Shown: positions 9,147-19,573, numbered from the stretch's first letter. The stretch is DNA of 64,000 nucleotides from an uncultured Nitrospiraceae bacterium (GCA_963727805.1 CAVSHF010000003.1:992001-1056000); one strand, 5' to 3'. A program made the numbers and translations. The notes: generated by a model not told the origin, from the letters alone.

Positions 9147-11606
9147 GTGCTAATGATGGACCGCTTTATTTGTATTCATGGGCATTTTTATCAACCCCCC
9201 AAAGAAAGTCCTTGGCTAGAGGCAATTGAGATCCAAGATTCTGCGTTTCCTTACCACGATTGGAATGAGAGGATTTCAGCTGAATGCTACGGTGCAAATG
9301 CCGTGTCGAGAATATGGGATACGGAAGGAAGAATAGCCCAATTGGTGAACAATTATGCCAGCATAAGCTTCGACTTCGGACCGACTGTCCTGCTCTGGAT
9401 GCAAAAGTATGCCACCGACGCCTATGAGGCAATTCTAGCGGCTGACCGGCAGAGCCTGGAGAAATTCTCTGGTCATGGAAATGCTTTGGCCCAAGCCTAC
9501 AATCATATGATCCTGCCGCTGGCCAACAGCCGCGACAAGAAGACCCAGATTATCTGGGGAATAAAAGATTTTGAATATCGCTTTGGACGTAAGCCGGAAG
9601 GGTTGTGGCGCCCGGAGGCAGCAGTAGACCTGGAAACCCTTGACCTTATGGCACAACACGGCATCGGCTTTGCCATACTTGCCCCCAGGCAGGCAAGCCG
9701 GGTTCGGCGCATTGGGGGTGATGAATGGCAGGACGTGAGTGGTGGAAAAATCTATCCTGCCATCGCCTACCGGGTGTCGCTACCGTCTGGCCTTATCATG
9801 AACCTATTCTTTTACGACGGTCCCATTGCACAGGAGCTTGCATTTGAAGGATTGTTAAACAACGGCGAGACGTTCGCCAACCGGCTGCTGTCCGCTTTCG
9901 CCGACGACTCTCCTCGCCTCGTCCATATCGCAACGGATGGCGAAAGCTATGGGCATCATCATCGCAACGGCGACATGGCTCTGGCGCACGCGCTCCATCA
10001 TATTGAGACCAACAAACTGGCACAGGTGACGAATTATGGTCGGTACCTGGAAGATCATCCACCGGCATACGAAGTGGAAATCTTTGAAAACAGCTCGTAG
10101 AGTTGCGAGCATGGCATAGAACGTTGGCGGTCGGATTGCGGGTGCAACAGCGGCGGTCACCCGGGTTGGAATCAGGGTTGGCGGGCTCCTCTGCGTGCAG
10201 CCCTAGATTGGCTCCGCGATGCCGTAACCCCGGCTTATGAACAAATGGCCGGACGGTTTCTGACTGATCCCTGGGCGGCTCGAGACGACTACATCGACAT
10301 CATCGTGGATCGATCACCCGAGCGTATCAGTGCGTTTATGATTCGACACGCGACCCGTCCCTTAAATTCCGAAGACGAGATCACGGTCCTGAATCTCATG
10401 GAGCTCCAACGCCACTTAATGCTCATGTACACAAGTTGCGGTTGATTTTTTGACAAGCTTTCCGGCATTGAGACGGTTCAGGTCATAAAATATGCCGGCA
10501 GAGTTCTGCAGTTGGCCGACCAGCTTTTTAGCGAAACCTTCGAACCCGCCTTTCTCGAACATCTTGAACTGGCCAAGAGCAACATACTTGAACACCGTAA
10601 TGGTCGCGCCATATACGAGATATTGGTCAGGCCTGCCATGCTCGATATGAAAGACATTGGCGCCCACTATGCCTTAAGCTCTCTGTTCCAGGATATCGGC
10701 GAGCGCAGCTCGATCTACGCGTATTCCGCCACCCGGGAGGACTACCGCAGTTTTCAGGTCGGAGGCTCAAAGCTGGTAATCGGGCGGGCCACGGTCACTT
10801 CAGAGGTTACGCGCATATCCTCCAGCTTGTGCTTTGGCGTTCTACATCTCGGTGATCACAGTATCGCCTGCGGCACCGGTGAATATCAGGGCGCGCAAAA
10901 ATATGAAGCGTTGGCCAAAGAGATTTCCGCGGCTTTCGCCGGAGCTGACTTCCCGAAGACCATACTTCTGCTGGGCAAATACTTCGGGACGTCCACGTAC
11001 TCTCTGACCTCGTTGTTTGCCGATGAGCGGCGAAAAGTCCTTAACATTATCATGGGGCCAACTCTGATAGAGGCTGAAGCTGCATATAGCTCAATTTATG
11101 AGCACCATGCTCCCTTGATTAGCTTTCTGACCGGGTCCGGCACGCCACGGCCCAAAGTCCTGTCGGTCGCCGCTGACTTGTGCTTGAATGCCAAGCTTCG
11201 CAGGGTGCTTCAAGGGGAGGGGCTTGACCCCGAAGTCGTAAAACCTCTTCTTGAAGAAGCTCGTTTGGCCGGCGCAACTCTGGATGCAACTGCTCTAGGC
11301 TTGTTACTGGCCGCTAACATCGAGAGTCTGGCCAAACAACTTTTCATACAACCTGATGACCTTTCTCGCATAGAGAGATTGAATAAGGCTGCACAACTGG
11401 TCCGGACCTTGCCGTTCGAGGTTAATCTCTGGAAAACCCAAAACATCTGCTATAAGATCCTGCAAGCCCATTGTCACAAATTCAAGGAGAAAGCAGCCTT
11501 GGGCGACCAAAACGCGCAAGCATGGTTACGCCATTACACCGTTTTGGCTGAGAATTTTTTGCTGCAGGTTTACATATGCCCCGTAAACAGCAACCCTGCG
11601 ATTTGA
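9147..11606 (+). pseudogene. GH57 glycoside hydrolase / DUF3536 protein with two in-frame stops
   Basis: ORFs 9147..10100, 10245..10445 and 10512..11606 share one frame. Motifs HGHFYQPP, ATDGESYGHH, S*SCEHGIERWRSDCGC and YTSCG*FFD; TAG 10098-10100 and TGA 10443-10445 replace conserved Trp. Confidence 0.85.
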
Positions 11607-11969
11607 TGAACGTCATCATAGAGGGTACAGATATAGCGTAAAAAAAAGCCTAATAACCATCGCCTCCACCTTACGCCTTGAATGTACACTATCGAACGTA
11701 ACTGTCGAAATCAGATTCTCAACTTCTACTTGTATCCCGTGCAATAGCTGCATCGAGGCGATTGCTTCGGTTTCTACTCATACTCAACTGAGCTGCCACT
11801 TTGAAGAATGGTCAGCATGCGGAGTTCCACACAGTATGACAAAGAGCTGAAGCAGAACAAATGTACAATCTAGTCAAGATGCCATCGATGAAATTCTGTG
11901 TCTCTAAAAAACAACTTGATCAGATATCTGGTATTTTTGCAAAATAATATGTGATGATGAGGGCGCGAA

Positions 11970-12776
11970 ATGAGTCAACTTAAGAATCCGTTAGAAGTTT
12001 ACAAAATCCTCCCGAAATCCAATTGCGGTCAATGCTCGGTTCCGACATGTATGGCTTTTGCTGCTGCCGTACTAATGGGTAAAAATCAACTGGCCGATTG
12101 CCCTTATATCCCAAGCAGCATCTCCGAATCATTTTCCAAGAAAATAACTATACACAAATCCATCGCCAAGAACAGAGAGGAGGTAGTTGAAAAATTAAGA
12201 AGCAAAGTGTCTGCTATAGATTTAATGTCGTCAGCGCATAGATTGGGGGCAACTATTATTGGTGAAAAGTTAGCTATCAAATGCCTGGGCAAGGAGTTCT
12301 TTATAGATCAAATGGGAAATATTACATCTGAATACCACACTCACGCCTGGATGGCGTTTATATTACTTGACTATATTCTTAACAGTAAAGGCGGAAATAT
12401 ATCTGGGGAATGGGTCCCATTCAGAGAACTGAAAAAGGGAGCAGGGATGAGCCCTCTTTTCGAGCAACTGTGCGAAAAACCCATGAAGCATATGGCTGAC
12501 ACCGGCACGGATCTTTTTAAAGATCTGATTTATATTTTTAGCGGGGATAGAGCAACCAATATGTTTTCATCCGATATATCGCTCATCTTGTATCCGCTCC
12601 CTAAAATACCCTTCTTAATCTGCTACTGGAAAAGGGATGGTGATATAGAGTCATCACTTCATGTTTTCTTTGATTTAACAGTTGAGGATCATATAAGCAT
12701 TGATGCAATTCATGCACTCGGAACGGGGTTAGCTGTTATGTTTGAGAAGGTCGTTCTAAAACACAAAAATGCTTAA
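11970..12776 (+). CDS. Fe-S domain (CxxCxxxxC..C) plus DUF3786-like protein
   Basis: LPKSNCGQCSVPTCMAFA..LADCP N-terminus; C-terminal GEWVPFRELKKG and LYPLPKIPFLICYW typical of DUF3786. Confidence 0.8.
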   Translation: MSQLKNPLEVYKILPKSNCGQCSVPTCMAFAAAVLMGKNQLADCPYIPSSISESFSKKITIHKSIAKNREEVVEKLRSKVSAIDLMSSAHRLGATIIGEKLAIKCLGKEFFIDQMGNITSEYHTHAWMAFILLDYILNSKGGNISGEWVPFRELKKGAGMSPLFEQLCEKPMKHMADTGTDLFKDLIYIFSGDRATNMFSSDISLILYPLPKIPFLICYWKRDGDIESSLHVFFDLTVEDHISIDAIHALGTGLAVMFEKVVLKHKNA

Positions 12777-13414
12777 AGCCTTCGATGATCCTGTTGGACC
12801 GTGGTTTCCGAACCAACGGACAACGCCATAATCGGGTTAGGCAGTCCTCAACATGCGTTGACTACAGGAAGGACATCTCGCCTAACACGTAGCCTTGAAA
12901 GTAACAGTTTCTTTCAGAAAATAACATTTTTGGCGAAATGGCTGAGGTGTTGATTGTCAGATGAAGTATTTCGGCGGGTTCTCACATGAGTCATCGAAGG
13001 CGCGTATTCTGAATACACTGGTTGGTAGAAACTGGAAGCATCGCTGGCAAGGGTACGGTTGCCATGGGTAATATCCGCAATTATTTTCCGTATTTTATTG
13101 AGCTCCTCCAAATGAACTGTCAATAACAGGGGCCATCCTCAAACCCAATCTTCCATGAGCCGACAGTCTTCATCTATGAAGGACGCTGCATTACCTCGTT
13201 CATGTATTTGAAGACGTGGATTCATAGTGATTCACGTCGCGCGCCACTCTCTCCGACTGTTAGTTTCCACACTGTCCAACAGGCATCAATTTATCACAAC
13301 TGTCGTTGATTGCCGAAGGAAACATGACGCCCAGAGAATGACCAGACGATGTCATTGGATGGTAGGGTTATTAATAAAAACTGGCCGTACCGGCCAAAAT
13401 AACAGTTATGCAAG

Positions 13415-13471
13415 ATAAAATCGCCGCGAACCATTTTTACCAGGTAATGGTTCGCGGTTGATTTTATTTTT
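13415..13471. terminator. Long inverted repeat, probable intrinsic terminator
   Basis: ATAAAATCGCCGCGAACCATT ... AATGGTTCGCGGTTGATTTTAT with A/T runs, just past the 13497..13919 stop. Confidence 0.7.
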
Positions 13472-13496
13472 CTCAAGAAAGTTCTAATCGATATAC

Positions 13497-13919
13497 TTAT
13501 TCTTTTTCCGATTCCATTGCTTTAAGTCTTTCGACGCATGGGAGTGATAACTCTTTGTCATGCTTTTTCAGGCATCCCATGATCCCTCCATTTGCTGGAT
13601 CGGCATTCGTACAGAACTGAGCCATATCAGTGTCGCAGGCCTGACGGAACATCTTCTGTTGCTGAACCCTTTCCTTAATCTCTCCTCTTCTACCATGAAT
13701 CTTTTCCTCATAAGTTCTGCATGCATCTGTCAGTTCGCTTTCATGCGATTCAAGGCACTGGATAGTGGCTACTCCGGGGCTAATGTTTTGGCAGAACTTC
13801 GAAATATCCTCAACGCATGGATCCACTTCCGCAGCATAAGCATTTGTGCCTAAAATCAGCCCGATACAAAGAAGTCCGGCCGAGAACACTGCTGAAAAAC
13901 ACATCTTAATTTGTTTCAT
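13497..13919 (-). CDS. Secreted cysteine-rich repeat protein
   Basis: Signal peptide (AYAA); two repeats of C-x2-D-x3-FC...CL...LS/T-x2-C; GGAGG RBS. Confidence 0.75.
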   Translation of the reverse strand: MKQIKMCFSAVFSAGLLCIGLILGTNAYAAEVDPCVEDISKFCQNISPGVATIQCLESHESELTDACRTYEEKIHGRRGEIKERVQQQKMFRQACDTDMAQFCTNADPANGGIMGCLKKHDKELSLPCVERLKAMESEKE

Positions 13920-14030
13920 TTATCCTCCCATCATTTTATTGGTTTAGGTCATACAGGTTAGAGCAGGTATGCTTTGATTATATCAATATAATCTCAGCGG
14001 TCAAGTTATCGTCTAAACGATAACAATCAT

Positions 14031-14619
14031 ATTTTTGTTCTCAATGCAAAGCCGAATATAGACAAGGGTTCGCTATGTGCAGTGGTTGCAATAACCCACT
14101 TCTTCCCATACTGTCACCGCAACTCCCTAAAACAGAAGATGGAAAACCGGCGATGGTGGAGCTCTATTCTCTCAGCAATGAAGCTGAACTAGCTTTAATG
14201 AAAAGTATTCTCGAAGTGGATGACATATACGATTTTGTCCGAATAAATTTTTGGGTTGTATGGAAATTGGCACTCAGATTGCATTACTTAATAAGAAGAC
14301 AATAATGGTTAAAAATGATGACTATGGAAGGACGTCGGAACTTGTCACCGATTTCTTAGCTCAGACAGCAGAGGAAAAAGATGCCCCACGAGCAGAATAT
14401 AGGCTAGTTGATAAGATCAGGATGGCGATCGAGGTTCTGATATACGGGTGGTTAACGCCGGGTGGAAAAAGGAATCATAAAAATAAGGAAAAGTCCGGCG
14501 GGTCAAACCTGCAAGATTTGCGGCAACAGTTCATCGGACAAAATTCCACTAAACTATGCTTAGCAATGTGCATGTTCATCGGCATCGAATTCTGCCCCAC
14601 TCTCGGCACTCAATTTTGA
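14031..14619 (+). pseudogene. DUF2007-like (putative signal-transducing) protein, start lost and frameshifted
   Basis: In frame upstream of ORF 14075 the sequence reads FCSQCKAEYRQGFAMCSGC (zinc-ribbon-like) with no ATG. NEAELALMKSILE is followed by a frameshift near 14250 into GTQIALLNKKTIMV..DKIRMAIEVLIYGW. Confidence 0.6.
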
Positions 14620-14868
14620 ACCAAACCAGCTTATTATTTTATCTTAGATTTCAGGCGATATACTTAAAATATGACTCTCCGCTTGCAGAAAGAGATCCAT
14701 TCCTATTAGTGCTGGTCTAGTCTAAGGAAAACCAAATAGTTTTGTTCCTTCGCATCTTTTGTCGGTACCTTATCCGCACAAGACATTTCATACTTTGACT
14801 TGAACAAGATGATTACTATAATGAAGATGATGGCAAAACAACAATTAACAAAAAAGGAGAATGAGAAA

Positions 14869-15498
14869 ATGAAACCGTGTTTGTCGATAAGTGCAATTTT
14901 ATTGTTGGTACTTACATTCTGTATTAGCGGTGCAAGTGCACAACCTATGGACCAGGGTTCAGGGATGCAAGCTGATCCGCCAGGACAGATGAATATGAAG
15001 TGCGGCGGTATGATGCACGAAGGTATGATGCACGAAGGTATGATGCATGAAGGGATGATGCATGGAGACATGATGGAACGGCAACATCATATGAAAATGA
15101 TGCTGATGCGACTCGGTCTCGATGAAAAACAGAAGGCAGAAGTGAATAGAATAATGACTGCACACATGAAAGATGTCATTAAAAAGAAGGCTGATTTGGA
15201 CATCGCAAAATTTGATCTACAAAGCATTCTCAGCAAAGATCCCATGGACATGAAAGCTGCCGAATCAAAGCTAAAGGAGATTGAGGCAATTAAGACAGCC
15301 CTATTCCTTGCTCATCTAACTGCTCATCAGGAGATTAAATCAGTACTGACGCCCGAACAACAAAGAAAAATGAAAGAGATGATGGAAATGCATATGATGG
15401 GCGGCGGAATGATGGGCAAAGGTGGCTGTGGCTGTGACATGAAGACAGGTGTGACGAAAGGAAAAGAGCATTACGAGCACGATAAAATGATGAAATAG
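14869..15498 (+). CDS. Spy/CpxP-family periplasmic Met/His-rich metal-binding protein
   Basis: AAGGAG RBS before ATG 14869, signal peptide (ASA-Q), LGLDEKQK and VLTPEQQRK (LTxxQ) motifs. Confidence 0.8.
   Translation: MKPCLSISAILLLVLTFCISGASAQPMDQGSGMQADPPGQMNMKCGGMMHEGMMHEGMMHEGMMHGDMMERQHHMKMMLMRLGLDEKQKAEVNRIMTAHMKDVIKKKADLDIAKFDLQSILSKDPMDMKAAESKLKEIEAIKTALFLAHLTAHQEIKSVLTPEQQRKMKEMMEMHMMGGGMMGKGGCGCDMKTGVTKGKEHYEHDKMMK
15007..15066 (+). repeat. 15-bp coding tandem repeat x4 (GGTATGATGCACGAA; GMMHE)
   Basis: Two exact and two degenerate copies read directly. Confidence 0.95.
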
Positions 15499-15510
15499 CT
15501 CTTGCTGCGG

Positions 15511-15546
15511 CATAACAGGGCGCCAACAGTTTGGCGCTCTGTTATG
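15511..15546 (+). terminator. Hairpin after the Spy/CpxP-like gene
   Basis: CATAACAGGGCGCCAA-CAGT-TTGGCGCTCTGTTATG; no strong U-tract. Confidence 0.6.
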
Positions 15547-15672
15547 TGTGTGATTTATAGACATCGTTTCAATTTAGTATCTTCCTGGTAAGGAGTTTTG
15601 ATAGGGCATATTGCCACGAATCATTGTACCACAGTCAAAGCAGAGCTGAGCCAGTCCATTATAACACTTTAA

Positions 15673-15713
15673 ATACTGACCTGTTTAAAGGAGGCAGGTC
15701 AGTATCTGTTTTT
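15673..15713. terminator. Intrinsic terminator-like hairpin between convergent genes
   Basis: ATACTGACCTG..CAGGTCAGTAT followed by CTGTTTTT. Confidence 0.6.
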
Positions 15714-15876
15714 CTTCATTCCCAGTAGAAATGTTGTTTAATGAGCCTTGCCCCTTAAATACGCATTAGTGGCGTTCCCAAACCGACTGAACCGGATCTG
15801 CGATATAAAGGCACATACCTCTTCTTAAGGGAATAACCCAGATATCAGAATATTTCAATGAGAGTCACAGGGATGC

Positions 15877-17277
15877 TTAGAGCAAGAATTCGGCAAGGTT
15901 AAGGTTGTATTTGTTATAGTCCAGCGTCGTTTTGATGGACCTGCGATAGCTACCGGTAAGATCTTTCTCCGCAAGATCGATGGGAGTATTTTCTATCCTT
16001 CTGCCCTGCGAATCAACTACTAGCACTATTTTCGGTCTTTCGGGTTCATCGGCATTACCTTTATACACAATACCAAGTTCGCCATGATCGAGTACTACTA
16101 GGGTGCCTATGGGGAACACGCCGACCAGCTTGATAAACATCTTGAGCAGAAGTGGATCGACATCCTTGCCGGCGCCTTCAACGAGAATCTGAAGTGCCTT
16201 CTCAGGCGATTTCGGAACCCGCGAATATACCCTTGAAGAGGTCATGGCGTCAAACCGGTCAGCGATAGTGACAATCTTGGAATATAAATCCAGTTTGCGC
16301 TGCTGGGGTACAGAAGGATATCCTGATCCGTCATAATTATTATGATGTTCGTATGACACAATAGCGCCTTGGATCATCATGGGATCCATCTTCATGGTGT
16401 GCATAATAATCTTGACTCCCTCGCTGGGATGGCTCTTCATAACCTTCCACTCCTCATCGGTAAAAGAGGTTTCCTTATTGAGGATTTCCTTTGGAATGTT
16501 CACCTTGCCGATATCGTGAAGAAAAGCTGCGATGCCGAGTTCGGACAGTCTCTTTTTATTTAGGCCGAGTTTCAGCCCGAGTCCGATGGAAAGGATACTC
16601 ACATTGACCGCATGGTAATACGTATAGTCGTCATAATCCTTCACAGCAGTCATCCTGATCATCGTCTGCTCATCCTGCAGTACCTGGCTGATTAGAGAAT
16701 TCACGACCAGTCTCGCCTTCTTTATTTCAATCCTCTCGCCCTCTTCTATCTGTTTTATAGCGAACTTGAGGTGTGCAGCTCCATTAAAATAGTGCTTTTT
16801 GAGCATACGTCGGCTATCGACAATACTTTCTTCACAAGCCTGTTTCGGGATCCCGATATTGATGGAATCGATTGTGTCAATCCCCTGCTTCAAAGCAGTA
16901 AAAGGCGAATCAGAGGAGAGGCACGATAGAAAAGCTCTCATAAAGTTCTGCAGATTAACTCGCGAGATCGTCCCACTGATAGTGATGCTGCCCAATCCTC
17001 GTTTACGGAATTCGCTGATAAGAAAATCGAAGTTCAAATAGTATTGGATCGAATAGCGCACAGGCGCCCGATTAATATAGAAATATTCACCGAGAAGTTC
17101 GATGTCGAGCTTCGTTTCAGATACCAGTGCCGCATTCACGAGCTCGACAAATGCATTAACCGCGTTGATAAAGGCTTCATTGTCAACACTGTATGTCTGT
17201 CCAATCCTGAGAATGATCGCCAGCCTGTTGATGATATCTTTCGCATTCTTTATAGCCTGAGCATGTTGCCTATGCAT
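15877..17277 (-). CDS. HD-GYP domain cyclic-dinucleotide phosphodiesterase
   Basis: YTYYHAVNV, LHDIGK, EHHNNYDGSGYP and IADRFDAMTSSRVY motifs. Confidence 0.9.
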   Translation of the reverse strand: MHRQHAQAIKNAKDIINRLAIILRIGQTYSVDNEAFINAVNAFVELVNAALVSETKLDIELLGEYFYINRAPVRYSIQYYLNFDFLISEFRKRGLGSITISGTISRVNLQNFMRAFLSCLSSDSPFTALKQGIDTIDSINIGIPKQACEESIVDSRRMLKKHYFNGAAHLKFAIKQIEEGERIEIKKARLVVNSLISQVLQDEQTMIRMTAVKDYDDYTYYHAVNVSILSIGLGLKLGLNKKRLSELGIAAFLHDIGKVNIPKEILNKETSFTDEEWKVMKSHPSEGVKIIMHTMKMDPMMIQGAIVSYEHHNNYDGSGYPSVPQQRKLDLYSKIVTIADRFDAMTSSRVYSRVPKSPEKALQILVEGAGKDVDPLLLKMFIKLVGVFPIGTLVVLDHGELGIVYKGNADEPERPKIVLVVDSQGRRIENTPIDLAEKDLTGSYRRSIKTTLDYNKYNLNLAEFLL

Positions 17278-19063
17278 GTTGCATTCTCCGCAGGGCCGTA
17301 ACCACTTGTTCCCTCACTAACGGCTCAGAAGACTTCTGTAGTTTCTCAAACAGCGGAAGCGCCTCGTTGCTCCGGATCAATCCAAGGTAATATGCCGCAC
17401 ACGCCCTCGTTTCAGTCTTCTTTTTGATTCCTAAGAAGCTCCTCGTCTTCAGCATCTCGATCATGGAGTCTTCGAGTTCCCTACTATTAGAAGACGCTAG
17501 GGCTTCGTAATATGACAGTTTCTCGCTAAAATCCCTCTTTTCAAATCCCTTTCCATTGATAGTTTCAATAATGGCGTCTTGACAGAAAAGTCGAGCGTCC
17601 TGATTATCTCTAGCTATGACTCCCATACCTTTTATGGCTAATAGCCTCACTGTCGAATCGCTATCGTAGAAGAATTCCTTAAGCACAGGGAGGGCCTTGA
17701 CATTCTTGAAATCATTTAAGGCCTTGACTACTTCAAGCCTTACTCGCGGATGATCGTGTTTTGCAGTTTTCAGTATATCGTCTAACACGGCCTCATTACC
17801 TATATGTCGAAGCACGAAAACTATGTTCCGTACAACATACCAAGTCGGGTCTCCCAATCGCGCGACTAGGGCCCCTATAGCATCCTTCCCGATTTGGATA
17901 AGGATATCGTTGACTTTACGACGAGCAGATATGCTCTGGAGAATTCCGAGGAGAGACACGAGGGAATCGACACCGTCCTTGCCGAGACCCCGGGCATAGT
18001 CGAGCAGCCCTTCCTCGTCGATTGCCTTAGAGGAATCAAGCATGCGCCCTATGTGCGCTATGATTTCGGAAGATTTGCAAAAAGATAAAAGTTTTTGAGC
18101 ATTGTCGCGGATCGTCGGCCCCCCAAGCCTATCCTTAGGCATTCCTTCGATCCCTCTGAAGATTATTTGGGCAGGTTCGAAATCATCATCCTTGATGGCA
18201 TAGGCAATAATATCTTCCAACGATTTCACGATAATCCCTGCCTCGGCACTGTCCTGAGCCTGCATGAACATCTCAACAAGAATCTGCGCAAGATGAGCGG
18301 TCTTTTTCGAGTATTCTGAACTTTCTTCGACAACCATGATGCCCTTCTCTTGGATTAATAGTCGGCTGGCGTCAAACTTCGTGACCTCTTTTTCGCTGAG
18401 AGCATCTTTATACGCCAGTAACAGTCCGCTCTCCAGACTTGAAGATTGTGCCTGGTCCTCTCCTGTTATACAGGAGGCAAGACTCCACGGCTGCTGGTCT
18501 TCAGAAAGAGATATGTTTCCCAGCCCCGGAGCCTTACCCTCCAAAGAGAAACCCCCACCATCTTCTTCCCCCATTCCATCTCCCATTTCATCTCCCTGAA
18601 AGCCCACCCCGGACCCATCCCCTGCCTGGAAAAAGAGATCATTGATCACCAATTTGATGTTTGCGAACCCCTTCTCCCATGTAGAAGATGCGAAGTCTTC
18701 ACTGATGGTGTCGTCCCTATCAAAATGCATCCCAATCAACTTAAGAAATTCTTCGAGTTCCGACGAAGAGAGTCCCTCTTTGAACACTATTTCCTTAATT
18801 CCATCCTTGAAGAAAAAAAGAGCAAGGTTATCCATTTTCTCGGAACTTTGGTAGACTGGCTCTGAACCGACCAGTATTTCATTAGGTTTTATACGGAGGA
18901 TAAAATCTCCACTCGAGTCTAAATATTTTCTCACAAGGGCATAAGTCTCATCGATGGCGCTACGATAAACTGTGTTGTTAGCTGGATAGATATGCAGCAG
19001 CTTCTTAGCCTTTAAAGCCGCATTGATAAAGTTTCTTGCGAGACTTACTCTGTCATTTTCCAT
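17270..19063 (-). CDS. HEAT-repeat protein coupled to HD-GYP gene
   Basis: IYPANN N-terminus, acidic Gly-rich linker, HEAT repeats (LGDPTWYVVRN, HDHPRVRLEVV); overlaps the HD-GYP start by 8 nt. Start taken at ATG 19063 (TTG 19087 possible). Confidence 0.8.
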   Translation of the reverse strand: MENDRVSLARNFINAALKAKKLLHIYPANNTVYRSAIDETYALVRKYLDSSGDFILRIKPNEILVGSEPVYQSSEKMDNLALFFFKDGIKEIVFKEGLSSSELEEFLKLIGMHFDRDDTISEDFASSTWEKGFANIKLVINDLFFQAGDGSGVGFQGDEMGDGMGEEDGGGFSLEGKAPGLGNISLSEDQQPWSLASCITGEDQAQSSSLESGLLLAYKDALSEKEVTKFDASRLLIQEKGIMVVEESSEYSKKTAHLAQILVEMFMQAQDSAEAGIIVKSLEDIIAYAIKDDDFEPAQIIFRGIEGMPKDRLGGPTIRDNAQKLLSFCKSSEIIAHIGRMLDSSKAIDEEGLLDYARGLGKDGVDSLVSLLGILQSISARRKVNDILIQIGKDAIGALVARLGDPTWYVVRNIVFVLRHIGNEAVLDDILKTAKHDHPRVRLEVVKALNDFKNVKALPVLKEFFYDSDSTVRLLAIKGMGVIARDNQDARLFCQDAIIETINGKGFEKRDFSEKLSYYEALASSNSRELEDSMIEMLKTRSFLGIKKKTETRACAAYYLGLIRSNEALPLFEKLQKSSEPLVREQVVTALRRMQHA

Positions 19064-19326
19064 GTCTTTTCTAACAAGGATTTGCAACCATGCTCAGCAT
19101 AATAAATATCGATACGCCACTGAGTAATGTTCTTAATCCGATCAGATATGCTGCCTCTCCTTACGTAGCGTTACTTTAGTTATCGAAAAATCAAGTAACC
19201 TCTTTAATTTGAGCTGCCAATACTGGAGATGCGCATGATATTGGGGACAGCTTGCATTAGTGATCCCGTTTCCAAGATTCCACTATATGGCTTGTATGTC
19301 ATATTTTGACCGTCGCTTTTCAACTG

Positions 19327-19347
19327 ATTTTAGAACTATTTTAGAAC
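19327..19347. repeat. Tandem direct repeat ATTTTAGAAC x2 beside the tRNA 3' end
   Basis: ATTTTAGAAC-T-ATTTTAGAAC read directly; a possible integrase arm-site relic (inference). Confidence 0.5.
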
Positions 19348-19406
19348 GGCCTGTTTGGCTTTTTGGAGGCTGGACATGACAGTCTGTTTTATAAGAGAAA
19401 AAGAGA

Positions 19407-19479
19407 AGCCACCTGCCGGAATCGAACCGGCGACCTACTGATTACGAATCAATTGCTCTACCAGCTGAGCTAAGGTGGC
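19407..19479 (-). tRNA. tRNA-Thr(CGT)
   Basis: GCCACCTTAGCTCAGCTGGTAGAGCAATTGATTCGTAATCAGTAGGTCGCCGGTTCGATTCCGGCAGGTGGCT; canonical cloverleaf, CCA not encoded. Confidence 0.95.
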
Positions 19480-19530
19480 AGTCTACTATTTTAGTTGATA
19501 TTCTCCAAGACTGCAAAATATGGCACTAAA

Positions 19531-19572
19531 GCTGATTTCGAATCAGCTGCACTACCACTGTGCTATCCCGGC
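19531..19572 (-). pseudogene. 5' half of a tRNA-Thr-like gene
   Basis: GCCGGGA-TA-GCAC-AGTGGTA-GTGC-A-GCTGA-TTCGAAA-TCAGC: 5' acceptor strand, D arm and anticodon arm present; no T arm or 3' acceptor strand. Confidence 0.75.
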
Positions 19573-19573
19573 G

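Noticed and set aside
10098..10445. Alternative genetic code or suppression by the atypical tRNA explaining the GH57 stops
   Set aside because: Many intact genes here end in TGA or TAG, two different stop types are involved, and a GCA anticodon does not read UAG.
12836..12886. GTTAGGC..GCCTAAC imperfect hairpin resembling an integron attC site
   Set aside because: The boxes are in the opposite order to attC (RYYYAAC..GTTRRRY); single copy and no integron integrase.
12914..13418. Short ORFs, possibly a gene remnant
   Set aside because: No recognisable motif or RBS; cannot be assigned.
15007..15066. CRISPR-like repeat
   Set aside because: Contiguous coding repeat without spacers; no CRISPR array or cas gene was seen in the window.
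14706..15165. Minus-strand ORFs with CIIPS or HHTFV repeats
   Set aside because: Antisense shadows of the GMMHE tandem repeat.
15550..15870. Possible c-di-GMP riboswitch or sRNA near the HD-GYP gene
   Set aside because: Lies between convergent gene ends, and no GEMM consensus was seen; only terminator-like hairpins.
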